The position numbers were made by a program, and so were the translations under genes. Positions 12,331-24,871 of a stretch of 64,000 bases of DNA are shown in pieces. The notes under the pieces are model-generated. The model was not told the DNA's origin and did no database searches. It saw nothing but the letters and a program-made list of their open reading frames with translations. The DNA is from Carcharhinus amblyrhynchos. Taxonomy: Eukaryota. The DNA lies in assembly GCA_965287045.1 (NCBI GenBank), contig OZ336874.1:35650001-35714000 (forward strand), read 5' to 3'. Numbering within the stretch: the stretch's first letter is position 1; the number at the start of each line of letters is the position of its first letter.

Positions 12331-15300
12331 TCATGTTAAATAAACCTTCCCCACTCTGTGCCACGCACTATTTATACACACACAGTTTGAACAGTGCAGG
12401 CTTTCAAGGGAACTACGCTTCCTGGGTCAAAAAAAAACCACTCGAAAGCAATTTAGCACAGTTAAAATTCACATTTACTGCATTCCATTGGTGCATTCTG
12501 GTCTTAAAACTTTCAGGACATTTTTGAAAAATAAAGCCCAAAATCTAAGCCTAAGGAGCAACTTTTGAAAGCTTCACTTAACAGGGCAAAATGCCTTTTC
12601 ACTGAATGGAGATAGTCTACTTTTATAATGATACATTTTAAATACATGTTGCTGTGTGATTGAGAGCCCCACAAGACCCATTGGAGATCAATTCCTATTA
12701 GAAGGATAGTGGGCGGGTGGGGAGACACAGAGCTCACATCTCTGTCAGAGTAGATTCACTGGGATGCCGACTGCCACGTTTCCGGTTCAAAAAACTTGCA
12801 GCAGGAATGTTCTCCAGAGGCTGTGAGGAGAAAAGTCATTTTAAGCGCAAGAGGCTGCCTAAACGCTAGAAAAGAAACTTCAGCAATTACTGAAGATAGG
12901 AACGTCCTGACCTTCCCCTCACCCCATCGAAGAGTGCGATTTTACTTTCTGCACCTGCAAGACTTAATGCAGCCAAGTAGGGCGAGGGGAGGAGCGCAGG
13001 AAGCAGGGCACTTTCCTTCAAGTGGAAATTATGGCGCAAATCAGAAATTGTTCTGTATCTTTTTAGATTAAGACAGTATAAACTGTGGTGAAGGGAAGTG
13101 AGAGAAGAAAGTGGAAGACACTGTTATGTTTAGAGTTGGGCATTCCAGCAGGGCACAGCCTCTCTCGGTCTTCCTGACGACGACGATCGCATTTCCCCCA
13201 CCTTCACATTCACGGATAATTTCTGAAATGTCACACTTAAATCAATGGCCTTATATGTTTCATGATGTAGAAAGATTAGATTTGCCAGGTCACAAGTGTC
13301 AGTCACCTGTCAGACTACAGGAAAACACAAGAGTAAGCCAGACCTTTAGAAGTACGCTGTGTATTATACAAGGAGAATCGATAGATGTATTATCTTCCGT
13401 CACAATTCTTTCCATAATTCATCCTCTGTATCTGTTCCACTGAAGCCCAATTTGAAATATTGTAACTAGTAGGTGACTGACACCACAGTAGATGAGAGAT
13501 CTGATATCAGAGCCATACAGTGCGGTGATTACAGCGGCGTGCAAAGTTACACATTGGTGATTGATACAACCCATCCTTCTCATCGTGTTTCCCGTGTAGA
13601 TCTGAGTGAATTACAGGACTACTAGGGCCAAATCGCACTGCCAGACCAGAACAACCAGTCACTTGCAAAACGACTTCTGTCGTTTACACGGGTAAAGCTG
13701 GGAGAATTACTGTTTAATGCTGATTACGTTGCAACGCAATCATTGTTCACGGGCACATTCCAAACTTGGACCCGAGTTCTAGGATTGCCAGCCATATCTG
13801 ATTACCACAGCTTTTTATTTCTAGGTGCATTTTACCGGCAGCATCCCCTCCCCCCATACATACACACACCCTTTGACGCTGGGATTCTTTCAATGAAAAT
13901 AAAGTCTCTCGATTAATTTTACAGACTATGTTTCATTTAAAGAGAGTTGCAGGAAGGAAAAGAACATGCTGATTGGACAGTATTAGTTATATTGGACAGT
14001 GAGACTCACAACCCACCTTGGAATTGCACTGCTGAAATACTCCGTGCTTTTAGTTTGGTTCCAGCATCGTTTCAGTTAGGTGCTGTCAATAGACATCACA
14101 GTTAAAACCTAATAGTTTGCGTTTGTGGTCGCTTCTGTAAATAATGCATTTAGCAATGCTAATAACTAAAATTTAACATTTTGCTTCTGCACAGAATTTA
14201 CATTTGACTATTACTTGCCCCATTCATTTGATTTCAAACTTTTCGTAGACGTAAATTATTTCAAAATTATTGTGACTCTAGTTAGTTGACAGTAAACCAT
14301 AACTGTTTAATCCGAATGTTGCCATCACTAATCTTTGAACAGTTTGGTAGTGCAAAAAGGGATTAATATTTCTTAATTAGGGGTTAAAAATTCACCTCCA
14401 GGGCACTAATGCGGCCGAGCAATCCATTAAAAAGTTAAAAAAACAAATTTAATAAATTCAACTATTAGAGATATGGACATCAATATGTTGAGAAATACGA
14501 AATCACGGAAGCAATAGGTGAATGGAAATTTGAGAAAAACGCCCGAAAAATGGACTTGAGGAATAGCGGGAAGTGTCCGAAGAAATAAAAAGTAGGAAGT
14601 GGAGCTGGAGGACAAGTGGCGAGCAATAGTTCGCGAGAGTTAGTGCCCTCTGTCGAAGCTTTCAATGTACAGCTCCACACAAAAGCTGTAATCTTCGCAA
14701 TGATCTCGGTCTGCGGTTGCCTCCCTCCATTGTGGGCGATCGCCTGAGACTTTCAAGGAAAATTCGAGAGGATGCGTTCGATCCACAATCCAAACTGGAA
14801 GCGGAAGTGGCGCAAGAACCACCCCTCACATTCTGCGGGATAGTCACTGCTAAGGGTGCACTTGTACTGAAACAGGTTCAGAGGAGGGAGGGGCTGCAGT
14901 TTCCTTGTGCGAGCAGAGTGCATTTAAACAAGTTTCTACAGCACCGCAGAGAGAAATTTTGTTTATACAGCTTGTATTATAATTTGAGGGTGCAGCTATA
15001 TTATAGGGATGTTGTCAGACCAGCATGTTTAAGAGTACAATTTCCATATTATCGACCTCAGTTACATTGCAGCTGGTGATGAGTTTAGGGACAAAGGTGG
15101 TGTAAGGGCTTTTTGGACACACACATGAGTTTCACAGAGAGCTCATCTCATTACCATGTGAGCCCACGGGAGAATGACTACGTTAAAACCAATGATACGT
15201 TTGCGAAGTTAACACTGACTTCAACTGGCCGCAAGAACTTTGAAAATGTGGCTTGCCATTGAGCTGGGGCAATACTTCCTCTGTGCCTAATCTTGAGTGG

Positions 15301-15384
15301 GTCTCACAAATCCTCAGAAGAAATGCATGTGTTTAACATATCAAGAAAATGGCCAGATCTCTGCTCTCAAGAAAAAAGCAGGTT

Positions 15385-16075
15385 GAGGAGTGATCGAACA
15401 GAACGGTACTTAAAATGATGAAAGGTTTAGTGGGGTGGATACAGAGAGAATACTTCCACTGTGTGGAGCAGCATAACTAGAGGACATTGATATAAGGTAG
15501 TCACCAAGAAATCCAATGGGAATTCAGAAAAAAAAACCTCATTACCAAAGAATGATGAGAAGGCGGAACTTGCTGCCAGAAAGTGGATGGGGCGAATAGC
15601 ATAGATGCATTTCAGGGAAACACGAAGAAACCAGTGAGAGAAAAGGGAAAAAATAGATTTAAAGTTTTTTTAAGTTCATTTATTAGTCACAAGTAGGTTT
15701 ACATTAACACTGCAATGAAATTACTCTGAAAATCTCCTAGTTGTCACACTCAGGCGCCTGTTCGAGTACATTGAGGGACAATTTAACATGGTCAACGCAC
15801 CTAGCCAACACATCTTTTAGACTGTGGGATGAAACCGGAGCACCGGAGGAAACCCAGGCAGACATGGAGGGGACGTGCAGACTCTGCACAGACGATTATC
15901 GGAGCCAGGGCACGAATGAGGACTCGAACCTGGGGCTGTGAGGCTGCAGTGCTAACCACTGTGCCGCCACGCTGCCTACCATGGTTTCCATGGTAGATTT
16001 CGTTAAGAGAAGACTCGAGTGGAGCCTATTCACCTGTATGGCCGAATGGCCTGTTCCTGTGCAGTACATCTCACA
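15385..16075 (+). mobile_element. CR1-type LINE 3' end interrupted by a SINE
   Basis: Degenerate CR1 ORF2 C-terminus (AAAATGATGAAAGGTTT...AACTAGAGGACAT...GAATAGCATAGATGCATTT). The tail GGCCGAATGGCCTGTTCCTGTGC at 16040-16062 follows the SINE. Confidence 0.7.
15660..15976 (-). mobile_element. HE1/V-SINE-like SINE, tail type A
   Basis: Same head (GCAGTGCTAACCACTGTGCCGCC on +) and tail (CACAAGTAGGTTTACATTAACACTGCAATGAA on +) as the copies at 371 and 62750. Confidence 0.85.
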
Positions 16076-16089
16076 TAATGCTATATAGT

Positions 16090-16632
16090 GCGGGAAATGT
16101 TCAGCAGATCAGGCAGCATCTGTGGAGAGAGAAACAAAGTTGACCTTTCAGCTCTTTATGATTGTGCTAGTTAGACACACCTTTTGTTTCTTCAGTCAGT
16201 CTTCACTCCCTTCGACCTTGCCACATTATCCTTTTGCCATTTAACCTCCCCCGCTGTCCACACTATCGCAGACCTTTCCTTTGGTTCTTTTTCTTAACAA
16301 TCCCACCCCGCCCTCAGCTCCGCCATTTTCACTTGCTGAAAACGGTTTACATTTGCCCTTTCTAAGGAAAGTCAAAGCAAAATACTGGGAATCTGAAACT
16401 GAAAATTCTGGACAATCACAACAGGTCTGACAGCATCGTTAGAGAGAGAACAGAGCCAATGTTTTGAGTGTTGACTCTATTCTCTCTCCACAGATGCTGT
16501 CAGACCTGCTGAGATTTTACAGCATTTTCTGTTTCTGTCTGAGGAACGGTTATCGACCTGAAACATAAATTCTCTTTCTTTCTCCACAGATGCTGCCAGA
16601 CCGGCTAAGCGTTTCCAGCATTTTCTGCTTTC
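16090..16632. repeat. Nested inverted-repeat (palindromic) interspersed elements
   Basis: The GGCAGCATCTGTGGAGAGAGAAAC motif occurs forward at about 16112 and 16425, and inverted (TCTCCACAGATGCTG) at about 16485 and 16581. Confidence 0.8.
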
Positions 16633-17079
16633 TTTGCAACTTTTAAATTATTTTGCTTTTTGAGTCACTTTAGCACTTTTTTGGGAGTCAGATAATCGAC
16701 CTGGCTCCTGAGTTCTGCTATTCTTTGGCACTATGTCCAACTGACTCTACTTCCCAATGTGATAGCATTACTGCGGGCTAGGATTCTTTTGATTTTATTG
16801 CTAATCTGGCAATGCGGTTGCACCAAGCTGTCATTGGAAGAAAGTTAAGACGCAAGGAGACTGAAATTGTTTTATCTATTCGTTAAAGCAAGACAGTTCT
16901 CTCTGCCGAACTCAGGTTTGGCTTTATACTACACCTTTAGAAACAAAAATGGGTCTGTGTTCTCAGTTATACCTTTGTAGACCCAAACCATAATGAAACA
17001 TTTTTCGCTTTAGACGCAGTAAACCTGTACCCTTTAATTGTGAGCTTTAAGAATTACCATGTGTTTATAGGCGGACAGT

Positions 17080-17390
17080 AGGTAGTGTAGTGGCTAAACT
17101 AATTACAGATGTCTGGAGAAATAATCCAACACGTTTCAGCCCAGTTTTAAATAAAATCTAAAAATGAAAGTATCAGTAAAAGTTAGTCAATAAGTTGTTG
17201 GATTGTCGTAAAACCCCAACTGGTTTGCTAATATTGTCGAAAGGAGGAAAGCTAACATCCTTACCCGTATGACTCCAGTCCCACACCAAAATGGCTGATC
17301 CTTAACTGCGGTGTGAAGTGGTCGAACAAGTCACTGTGTTGTTATGGATGAGCCTTGTCAGCAACACCCACATCATGAGAATGAATACAA
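17080..17390 (+). mobile_element. Degraded tRNA-derived SINE, same family as 56598-56970
   Basis: Shares GTAAAACCC..CTGGTTT.CTAAT, ATCCTTACC, GACTCCAG and the CCTTGTCAG...CACATC.TG..AATGAAT tail with the 56598 copy. Confidence 0.65.
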
Positions 17391-20300
17391 ACCTAACTTC
17401 CCAAAAGCAGATATCTTAACACGTGATTTGTGCACTGACCTTTCAGGAACAAATCTAATCCCAAGCCCCAAGCTCATATATTTATAGACCAGAATGTTTC
17501 TACAGTTGTGTGTCCAGGCTGTGCTTTCTGCCTACTCCTTCTATCCTTCGCGGTGAGTATTCGCCGCCACCATCTTCCCGCAAAACCCGGACCGTAATCC
17601 GGGTTAAACCCATTCCCCCCCCCCCCGCAGATTTCTGTGTACACCTGGATTTAGTGCGACCTCCCCCTTTTTGCCAGCCCCCTCTGGCGCGTCTTCAGAA
17701 TCAATATTCCAAACTTGTTCGCCAGAGTTTCAATTGAAATTAGGCATTTTTCGTTAAATTAAGTTTTGTGAAAGTTCTCTGATCGTCTTTGGTGTGAATT
17801 AGCTATTGTATTAGAGCGGGTAATTTAAAAAAAAGGCAGATTGGGGTCAGAGAGTAACTTTCTCTTCTGTTGACGTTGTGATTGGCAATGAAGAGGCGAA
17901 ATGATCCTTCGGCTGTTAGCACGACTCCCCACAATGATCCAACATCCGAGGTTTATTGTTCGAGATGTTTATACATCGGAAAGGAAAGATTAGAATTCAG
18001 TTAATTAACGTTCCCAATTAATGATTCTTGTAGCTTGGACTCAAACGTGTTCATTACATTTAATAGGTCACTTTAAGCAGATTGTTTAAACACAGCATGA
18101 AAATGGGAATTAGTTCGATGAACTAAACGGCATTTTTAGACATTCTTTAACCGTTAAATATTTTCCAACATGTAAATAAGTCAATAATGTTCAAAGAAAA
18201 ATTTTGACCTTGCCTCTTATGACGACGTAATCTGCTCAGAAATATTGTAAAATGGACCAGTAGAACGACAAGGAATTTCTAGAGTATTCTAAACCTGTAT
18301 CATTGCAATGTGTCTTGGGAAAGGGGTCTCCAATAATGCTCTCACACAATCTATTTCAATTGAAAGATACAAATAAGAAGTAAGACTAAATCATACTTTT
18401 GTATGATTAAGTTCCCCCATCCATTACAAAGTTGCCCACAGATCGCGGGACACTTCTGTTACCTATTGGTACCGTGTTGGCACCACAGAAACATCAATAT
18501 ACTGCGGGGCGGGGCGGGGCGGGGGTGGGGGGTGGGGAGGGGGAAGGACAAGACAGTAGGAAGCAGGGAGACCCTCCCGGTGGATCTGGCGCACTCTGAT
18601 CCTATGGATGGAGGCTTGGGCCTGACCTAAGGTTAGTCCCGTGAGATGATCCTCTTTCCTGCCCCCTCCCCACTCTGCACAGGTTGGCCAAAGAACATGA
18701 GCACGAATCAGAAAGTGAAGGGCTGCCTCTTTCTCTGCTCGGGGCCATCACCAAGGGCATTGTGACAGGAAAGGCAAGGCTTGGTTACTTGTTTTTCTAT
18801 CATGTAGAATTTTACAGACAATATTTCCCACCGTATTTGGAGACAGATATGTCGCCATTACTAGCTTGCAGTATGAGGACACCACAGATGCGGAGAGGTG
18901 TGGGCCGCTGTGAGCAGATCTTTGCAGTGTCCTTACATGAAAAGTTTACAGTATGACAGTAAACACCTCCGGGGTGTAAATGTCAAAAAATGAATAGGTA
19001 CTTTTTATAGAGCCAATTAGAGCACTGCCTTAGCGGGCAAGTTTAAATCTCATCTAATTCCAAATTCTATTGTGGGCTAGTTGGAAGAATTTGAAAACTG
19101 CATTTCACTTCTCTCTAGAAATAATTATTTCAATTGACAAGTTTATATCCAAAGGTAGAGAAGGGTTATTTAGTCCTTCTAAAGGTATAACTTTAGAGAA
19201 GTTCAAGCTATCATCGACTGTCGCAGTACGTCACCCCGAGAGGTAACGCGTTATCTCGTCAGAAAACTCCTAGACAGGAAACGGCGAGCTTGCTGATGTG
19301 AAAACAAATTCGAAACTTAGAAATCATTTAGGCACATCCGCAGGTGATAACTGTAAACAGCGGGTTCCGAGAAAGCTCTGAAATTGGGGGAGGGCGGTAT
19401 CAGAGGATTGAAATTTCTTCAAAATCTAGGCTCGGAAACGCTGGGCCAGATCAAGGGAAAGACGCTGAATTGTGCCAGCAGGTTTGCAGTTCCTGGGTTC
19501 TTGTTGTCAATGCCTCAGTAAAGGCATTTTATTCACATTTTAAAAGTGCACCCAGCTATCACTTGTTCTCAATTCAGCAACACGCAGCTTCAAAAATTCC
19601 CAACCCTAACAATTCTAATTAGACATCCATGAAAATCAGCCTTCTGACCAAACCCCTCTCTCGTTAATATTTCTTATAATTCCGTTGGAATAATACAATT
19701 CGGATTTGGATTCTCCTTTATTAAAATATTATCCCAAGTTTTTTTGCAATGAGTTAAAAAGTAATTGATCAAACAGGTCACAGATCGGCAAAAACAAGGA
19801 CTAAAAAGTGGAAGTTTATTGTGTTATTAAAACACGATTATCCATGGAAATTGATAATGACATTTTATTTCTGTTGCATTAATATTGTCATATTCTTATA
19901 CAATTCAGACAATATCTGTGGATTTTTCAATATAGACAGACATATTGTATGTCAAAAATATACCATTGTTTTCGCAGCATTTGGAATTCAAATTAAATTC
20001 TGACTTGGATTTTCGATTGCGTTTTTGATTTGTTATTTTTGGCAAATTTAACTTTTAAAACTTGTTTCCAACTCTTTACTAATTGTCGGGATAAAACAGC
20101 GGGTCAATTTGTTTCCATGATAGTGGGAAGCGAGCTATTCTCAAGTTACGTAATTGAATAGTACGCTATCTCTGTTGTGTTATTGTGATTGTCTATTTGA
20201 ATTGTTGAATTTAATACATATACTTACCCAGTGTTAAATAAAATGTCATGGAGGTTTATTGTGTTATTGATTAAAACACGATTGTTCGTGGAAATTTATA

Positions 20301-21279
20301 GGTAGTTCCTTTGCAAATACAGCATGAAGTCAACACCTTAAACGCGTGTGTGTGCACGCAAATACCCTTGTTTAAATGCGTGCAAGCACTTTGAAGTCGA
20401 ATAGAAAATTTAGTTTTCAGCACCAGGATGGTCCAAAATAGCAGGTGGAGATTTAGCAATGTAAATGGGACGAAATGAGACTTACCCTTTACAGTAGGTT
20501 TGGCCACGATTACATTTCAACCTATGTAAAAAATGACCACTGAGATTCTTTCACATTACCAATACGTTAGTTGAAGGACGAAATCGTAGTGGGTTGATTT
20601 TGTCTTTCATTATTTCAATATCGACTGGATTGAAATGTTAACGTTTCCCCTCACACGCTAAGTATTTAACCTCAATTATTGTCAAACATTTATCATATTA
20701 TTTAATCCACAACTTTCCTCCACAGTAAAGCTAAATAAAATGTAAAATCAAATTTAATGGTTAGCAAGTTGTGAACATTTGACACCTGTTAGTTGTGTAA
20801 AAGGTGATCAGTCTCTGACTTCATGATTAGTTAATGTTGCAGCTGACCACTCCTAAAATCATGTTTTTCTAAAAGAAACTCCTCGATCCTTTATGTATAG
20901 TTAATCTGCACTGATATACGAATCGACCCGTCCCTATAACAGCTTTGTATTTAGTCTTTCCCGGCAACTGTTTAGAAATAAAATTCGAACAATGTCTTAA
21001 TTTTGCTGTATTGTAATGCACTTTCGAACAAACTGATATCATTCAGTGGTTAATGCATCTGCATTTAAAAATAATATTTGCACTAAAGTCGGACACTAGG
21101 ATGTTATATAGCTCCTTTAAGTTAGCGCAAAAGCGAAGGATTTATTTATATATTCAAAAAACCAAAGGATTTTCTGTGGATGAAAATTATTGTTTAAAAT
21201 TATTCAAATGAAAAATTAAATTCATTTTGAACATGTGAATGAATTCCCTTTAATAAAGAGGCCCGCCTCGAGAATTTAG

Positions 21280-22082
21280 CAGTATGAGCCAATCAGGGTG
21301 CTGTATTAAATAGCCAATTAGCAGCGAGACCACCTCTGCTCTCTATAAAAGCTGCAGCTTATTGGTGAATGTTTTGGTGAATGCAGACCTTGCGATTGGC
21401 CATTTCTCTCAGACAGGAGTGTCATTGGTGAATAAGTCAGCAGCTCGCCCGGGGATTGGTCAAAAAGCTGGGCTGCTTTGTGCGATTGGTCGGCAGGAAG
21501 GAAGACTGTTCCTCGATTGGCTGACGGTGCTGTGATTGACAGAGACTGGGGCCGAGCGCCGTCCCAGCAGGGCTGAGCCTCGGGCGAATCAGCGCCGAAT
21601 CACCGCGGGCTCAGCCACATTTAAACACTATGGAGGAGAGTGAGCGCGACTGAATACAGAGCAGGGGGCCAGCGCACTCCGGGGAAACGGGAACCCGCCT
21701 TCACACACACACAGCGGACAAATTGCATAGGAAAACGCCAAAAAAAGAAGCTGGAATTCATAAAAGGATTTTTTCTGGTTTCGAACGATTTCGAAGTTAA
21801 AATCCCCTGCTGTCACTAGGTAGCAATTGGATCTTTTTTGGGGGGCAATGCATTGCATTTGTCAAACTTAACTTTTACGTTCCTTGTGCAATCCGTCCGA
21901 AACCTTGTGGATCACAAAGACGTAGGAGCTGCAATTAGTGGCTGGCATCGAGATCTTCTTCTGGGTTTGCGTGGGGTGCTGCTCACCCCTCTCTTGTTTT
22001 TTTTGGGAGTATAGGTGAAGGGGTTAAATCCAGACCAGGAAATCGAGGTTTTCTCCGAGTTGAAGACCGGCTGCGCCTTTTC
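21280..22082 (+). promoter_or_regulatory. pax5: Pax5 exon 1B promoter / CpG island / 5' UTR
   Basis: CCAAT at 21289 and 21314, six ATTGG at 21361-21520, TATAAAA near 21344 and a CpG-dense stretch at 21540-21700, directly upstream of the exon 1B ATG. Confidence 0.75.
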
Positions 22083-22125
22083 ATGGAAATCCACTGTAAG
22101 CACGACCCGTTTGCAGCAATGCATA
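22083..22125 (+). CDS. pax5: Pax5 alternative first coding exon 1B (MEIHCKHDPFAAMH-R)
   Basis: ATG at 22083, 43 nt, donor A|GTAAGT, phase 1 (A+GG = Arg). The peptide matches the Pax5 exon 1B type MEIHCKHDPF, not the Pax2 type MDMHCKADPF. Confidence 0.95.
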
Positions 22126-24705
22126 GTAAGTAGGCAGCTCCTTCCCTGGCTTGTCTGGCGGTTCCTAGTGAGTGATAGCGTGTAAGGAGTGCTTGGGGCA
22201 CCCGGATCCAGAAGCTGACCAGGGGTCTTCCCCCCTCCCTCTCCCCCCCCCCCCCCCCCCCGCCCCCGGACCCGGAGCAAGTCTCTTTTTGCAGAGAAGC
22301 ACGATGGAGTCACACGTGCACAACTAATTTTAATATCGTCCCCGATTTCCCCCCAATTTTAAAAAACAAGTTATTGCAAATGTTTCTTAATTCCCACAAT
22401 TAAACAGAAAGCGACAATATTTGCGGACACAGTTGCAATATTGTGTTAATTACTAATAGATTTTACTACGAAATGAAATGCGATATTCCTGGTTTCTGTG
22501 ATGAACACCGTTGGTAAAAGTCAGTTGCATTAAGAGAGGAATTATTAAAATTCGCGAACAAAACAAAGATAATATATCTGTAAAATTGCAAGCGCGCTTA
22601 ACCGGCAGATTAAACAAGGCCGACGTGTAACTGTTTAATTTTTCTTTCTCCGACTGCATTGACTTTTGAATGTAAACGGCGAGGATTAAGTTGATGTAAA
22701 GCAGTGGAAGTCCGCTCTGATAGCATGGACCATGCAGAAATCTCCAGCACGTTAGTTTTGCTTGACAGCGTTGGCTGGGGCTTGTCCATTTGGTCGGTGT
22801 TATATGAAATGACACATCCTATCACGGTGTGTTAAGAGTTATTATACCTACAGCTTGTAAACAGATGCTTTATCAACTCGAACTAATCATATTGTAGTGG
22901 GGACTAAACACACTTTAAGAATCGCACCTCGTTGAACAGGTTTACTGAGTATAAATCAGGCTGGAGTCTCTTCCTCCTTCAAAAACATGTATCGATTAAA
23001 GATTGTTACCACATAGTGATGTGGAGTAAAGGCGCTCGTACAAACTTCCAGATCGAAACAAACATCATCGATTTTTAAAAAGAAAGCTGTTCTTGTTATC
23101 GAAGTCGTGTATTTTTATAATTCCACTCCGTATTTACCCATTCCCGCTTTGAATTGTACCTATACTTATCAGTGCTCAGTCGCATTAAACAATCGCGGCT
23201 TTTTTTAAAATTAAGTGTACCAAAATCTCAAAATCATACTTGGAAATGAAAAAGAATTTAAACGGATCCAGGGTGAAAGCTAACGACATGTATGGGGGGA
23301 GGGCAAATACCCTTTCAGTTATCAATTTTCTGCTCCATAGACTGAAATGAGATACCAATTACTGATATCAATTCACTGCAAAAAAAGAGGAAGTAATGCA
23401 TCATTTTTGACTCACTTACAAAACGTCAATTTCACGCCAAAACCAATAAAAGTAGCATCGAAGGAGACCAAGTACCTCGCGGCGCCGATTACCCCTCTGT
23501 GCAGGTGTTAATCCATTCCCGTTTTAACTTTCTTTCCCTCTGGCTGAGAGTAGTCTAATAAACAAAAAACGGAGATTTAAACAGGTCGATTTATCTCAAA
23601 CACTCCCAGGTTTTGCAGTATTAGCATTTAGTAACCGACCTGCATTCATTAAACACTTGTCATGCCGAGGGGCTTTATTTTATTTTTGAAAATGGATCTG
23701 CAGATAGATTCCTTTGATTCCGAATTTAAATGATGTTGGGAAAAAGGGTCTGACTATCGTTTTGAATTAGGATTTTGCATTCGCTTTCCCATTGCTGTTC
23801 TTGAAAGACTTTGTAGAGGTTGACCAACGCATTAGGACAAAAAAAAGATACTCTTGTGATTTTCGTCAGATGAACCGCGAGCTGTAGCGTAAAGTCTGGG
23901 AAACATCTCAAAATCCTGTTCCATTCGGTGTGAGAATGGAGCTGTTTGCAATTCTGCAGCCTATTACTCAAAAGAAACACGTCGTAGTCCCAGAGGTTGA
24001 GTGCAACTAAAAACTGTCCTCAAATCTCCGAGCGGCCACTTTTTTTAAAACACAGGAAGCTAAAGTTTCACCGAAAGGGGCCAATTTTCTGTTCCGAATT
24101 CAGTGAATCACTTTCGCTTTCAGTGAATGACTCATATGTGTGTCTGTACCGCAGAACAATAAACATTCATTTTTTAAAAAGCTGCTAACCGAAGCTAGTG
24201 TTGGTCCATTTTATATTAATGTTACAATACACTGAAGTGTGTATATATGTGTATATAGATAGATATCCTTGTTCCTAGCCGGAGGTCCAGTTGCTGGCGG
24301 AGAGCGTGTGGCTGTGATCGCCTGAAAAGAGAAGCTGCTGTGCTCCTGTGTTCCTCTACATGCTAATACGGGAGCCCATGTTAGAAAAAGTGTTTCCCTC
24401 TTTAACACATTGCCCCTCATTCTCCTGGTTGTCTCTTCATTGTCCAATGTGCTGCAGCATATTCCCACCCCCTTGTCCCCCCCACCCCCGTCTTCCCATG
24501 CCTGTGGACAGCCACTTATTGCAAGGAGGGGGGGGGGGGGAGGAGGAAGGAGGGGGGTGTCTGTCCTCCACTTCCCCATGTTTCTGCTGGCCCCTGTGTG
24601 TTGTCAATAAATCCTAGCTCGGAGATACAGACTTAGTATTGGAATTCTACTGGCTAGCTGCAGTGTTTCTTTTCTCTCTCTCTCTGTTTTGTATGTTGTA
24701 TACAG

Positions 24706-24871
24706 GGCATGGCGGGGTGAATCAGCTCGGAGGGGTCTTTGTGAATGGTCGCCCCCTCCCCGATGTTGTCCGACAGCGGATCGTGGAGCTGGCCCACCAA
24801 GGGGTGCGACCCTGTGACATTTCCAGGCAGCTCAGGGTGAGCCACGGCTGCGTCAGCAAGATTCTGGGCAG
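24706..24871 (+). CDS. pax5: Pax5 exon 2, paired domain N-terminal (PAI) subdomain
   Basis: Polypyrimidine tract and TACAG| acceptor, 166 nt, donor AG|GTAAGA. Encodes [55 protein letters not shown]. Confidence 0.98.

Noticed and set aside
14640-15079. 120 aa ORF or L1 ORF1-like remnant
   Set aside because: Only faint motif resemblance (DRTH, RPRS), non-ATG start, and no consistent frame or splice sites.
24639-24705. Hydrophobic signal-peptide-like N-terminus on the exon 2 ORF
   Set aside because: It is the translated polypyrimidine tract of the intron, with a TTG start.
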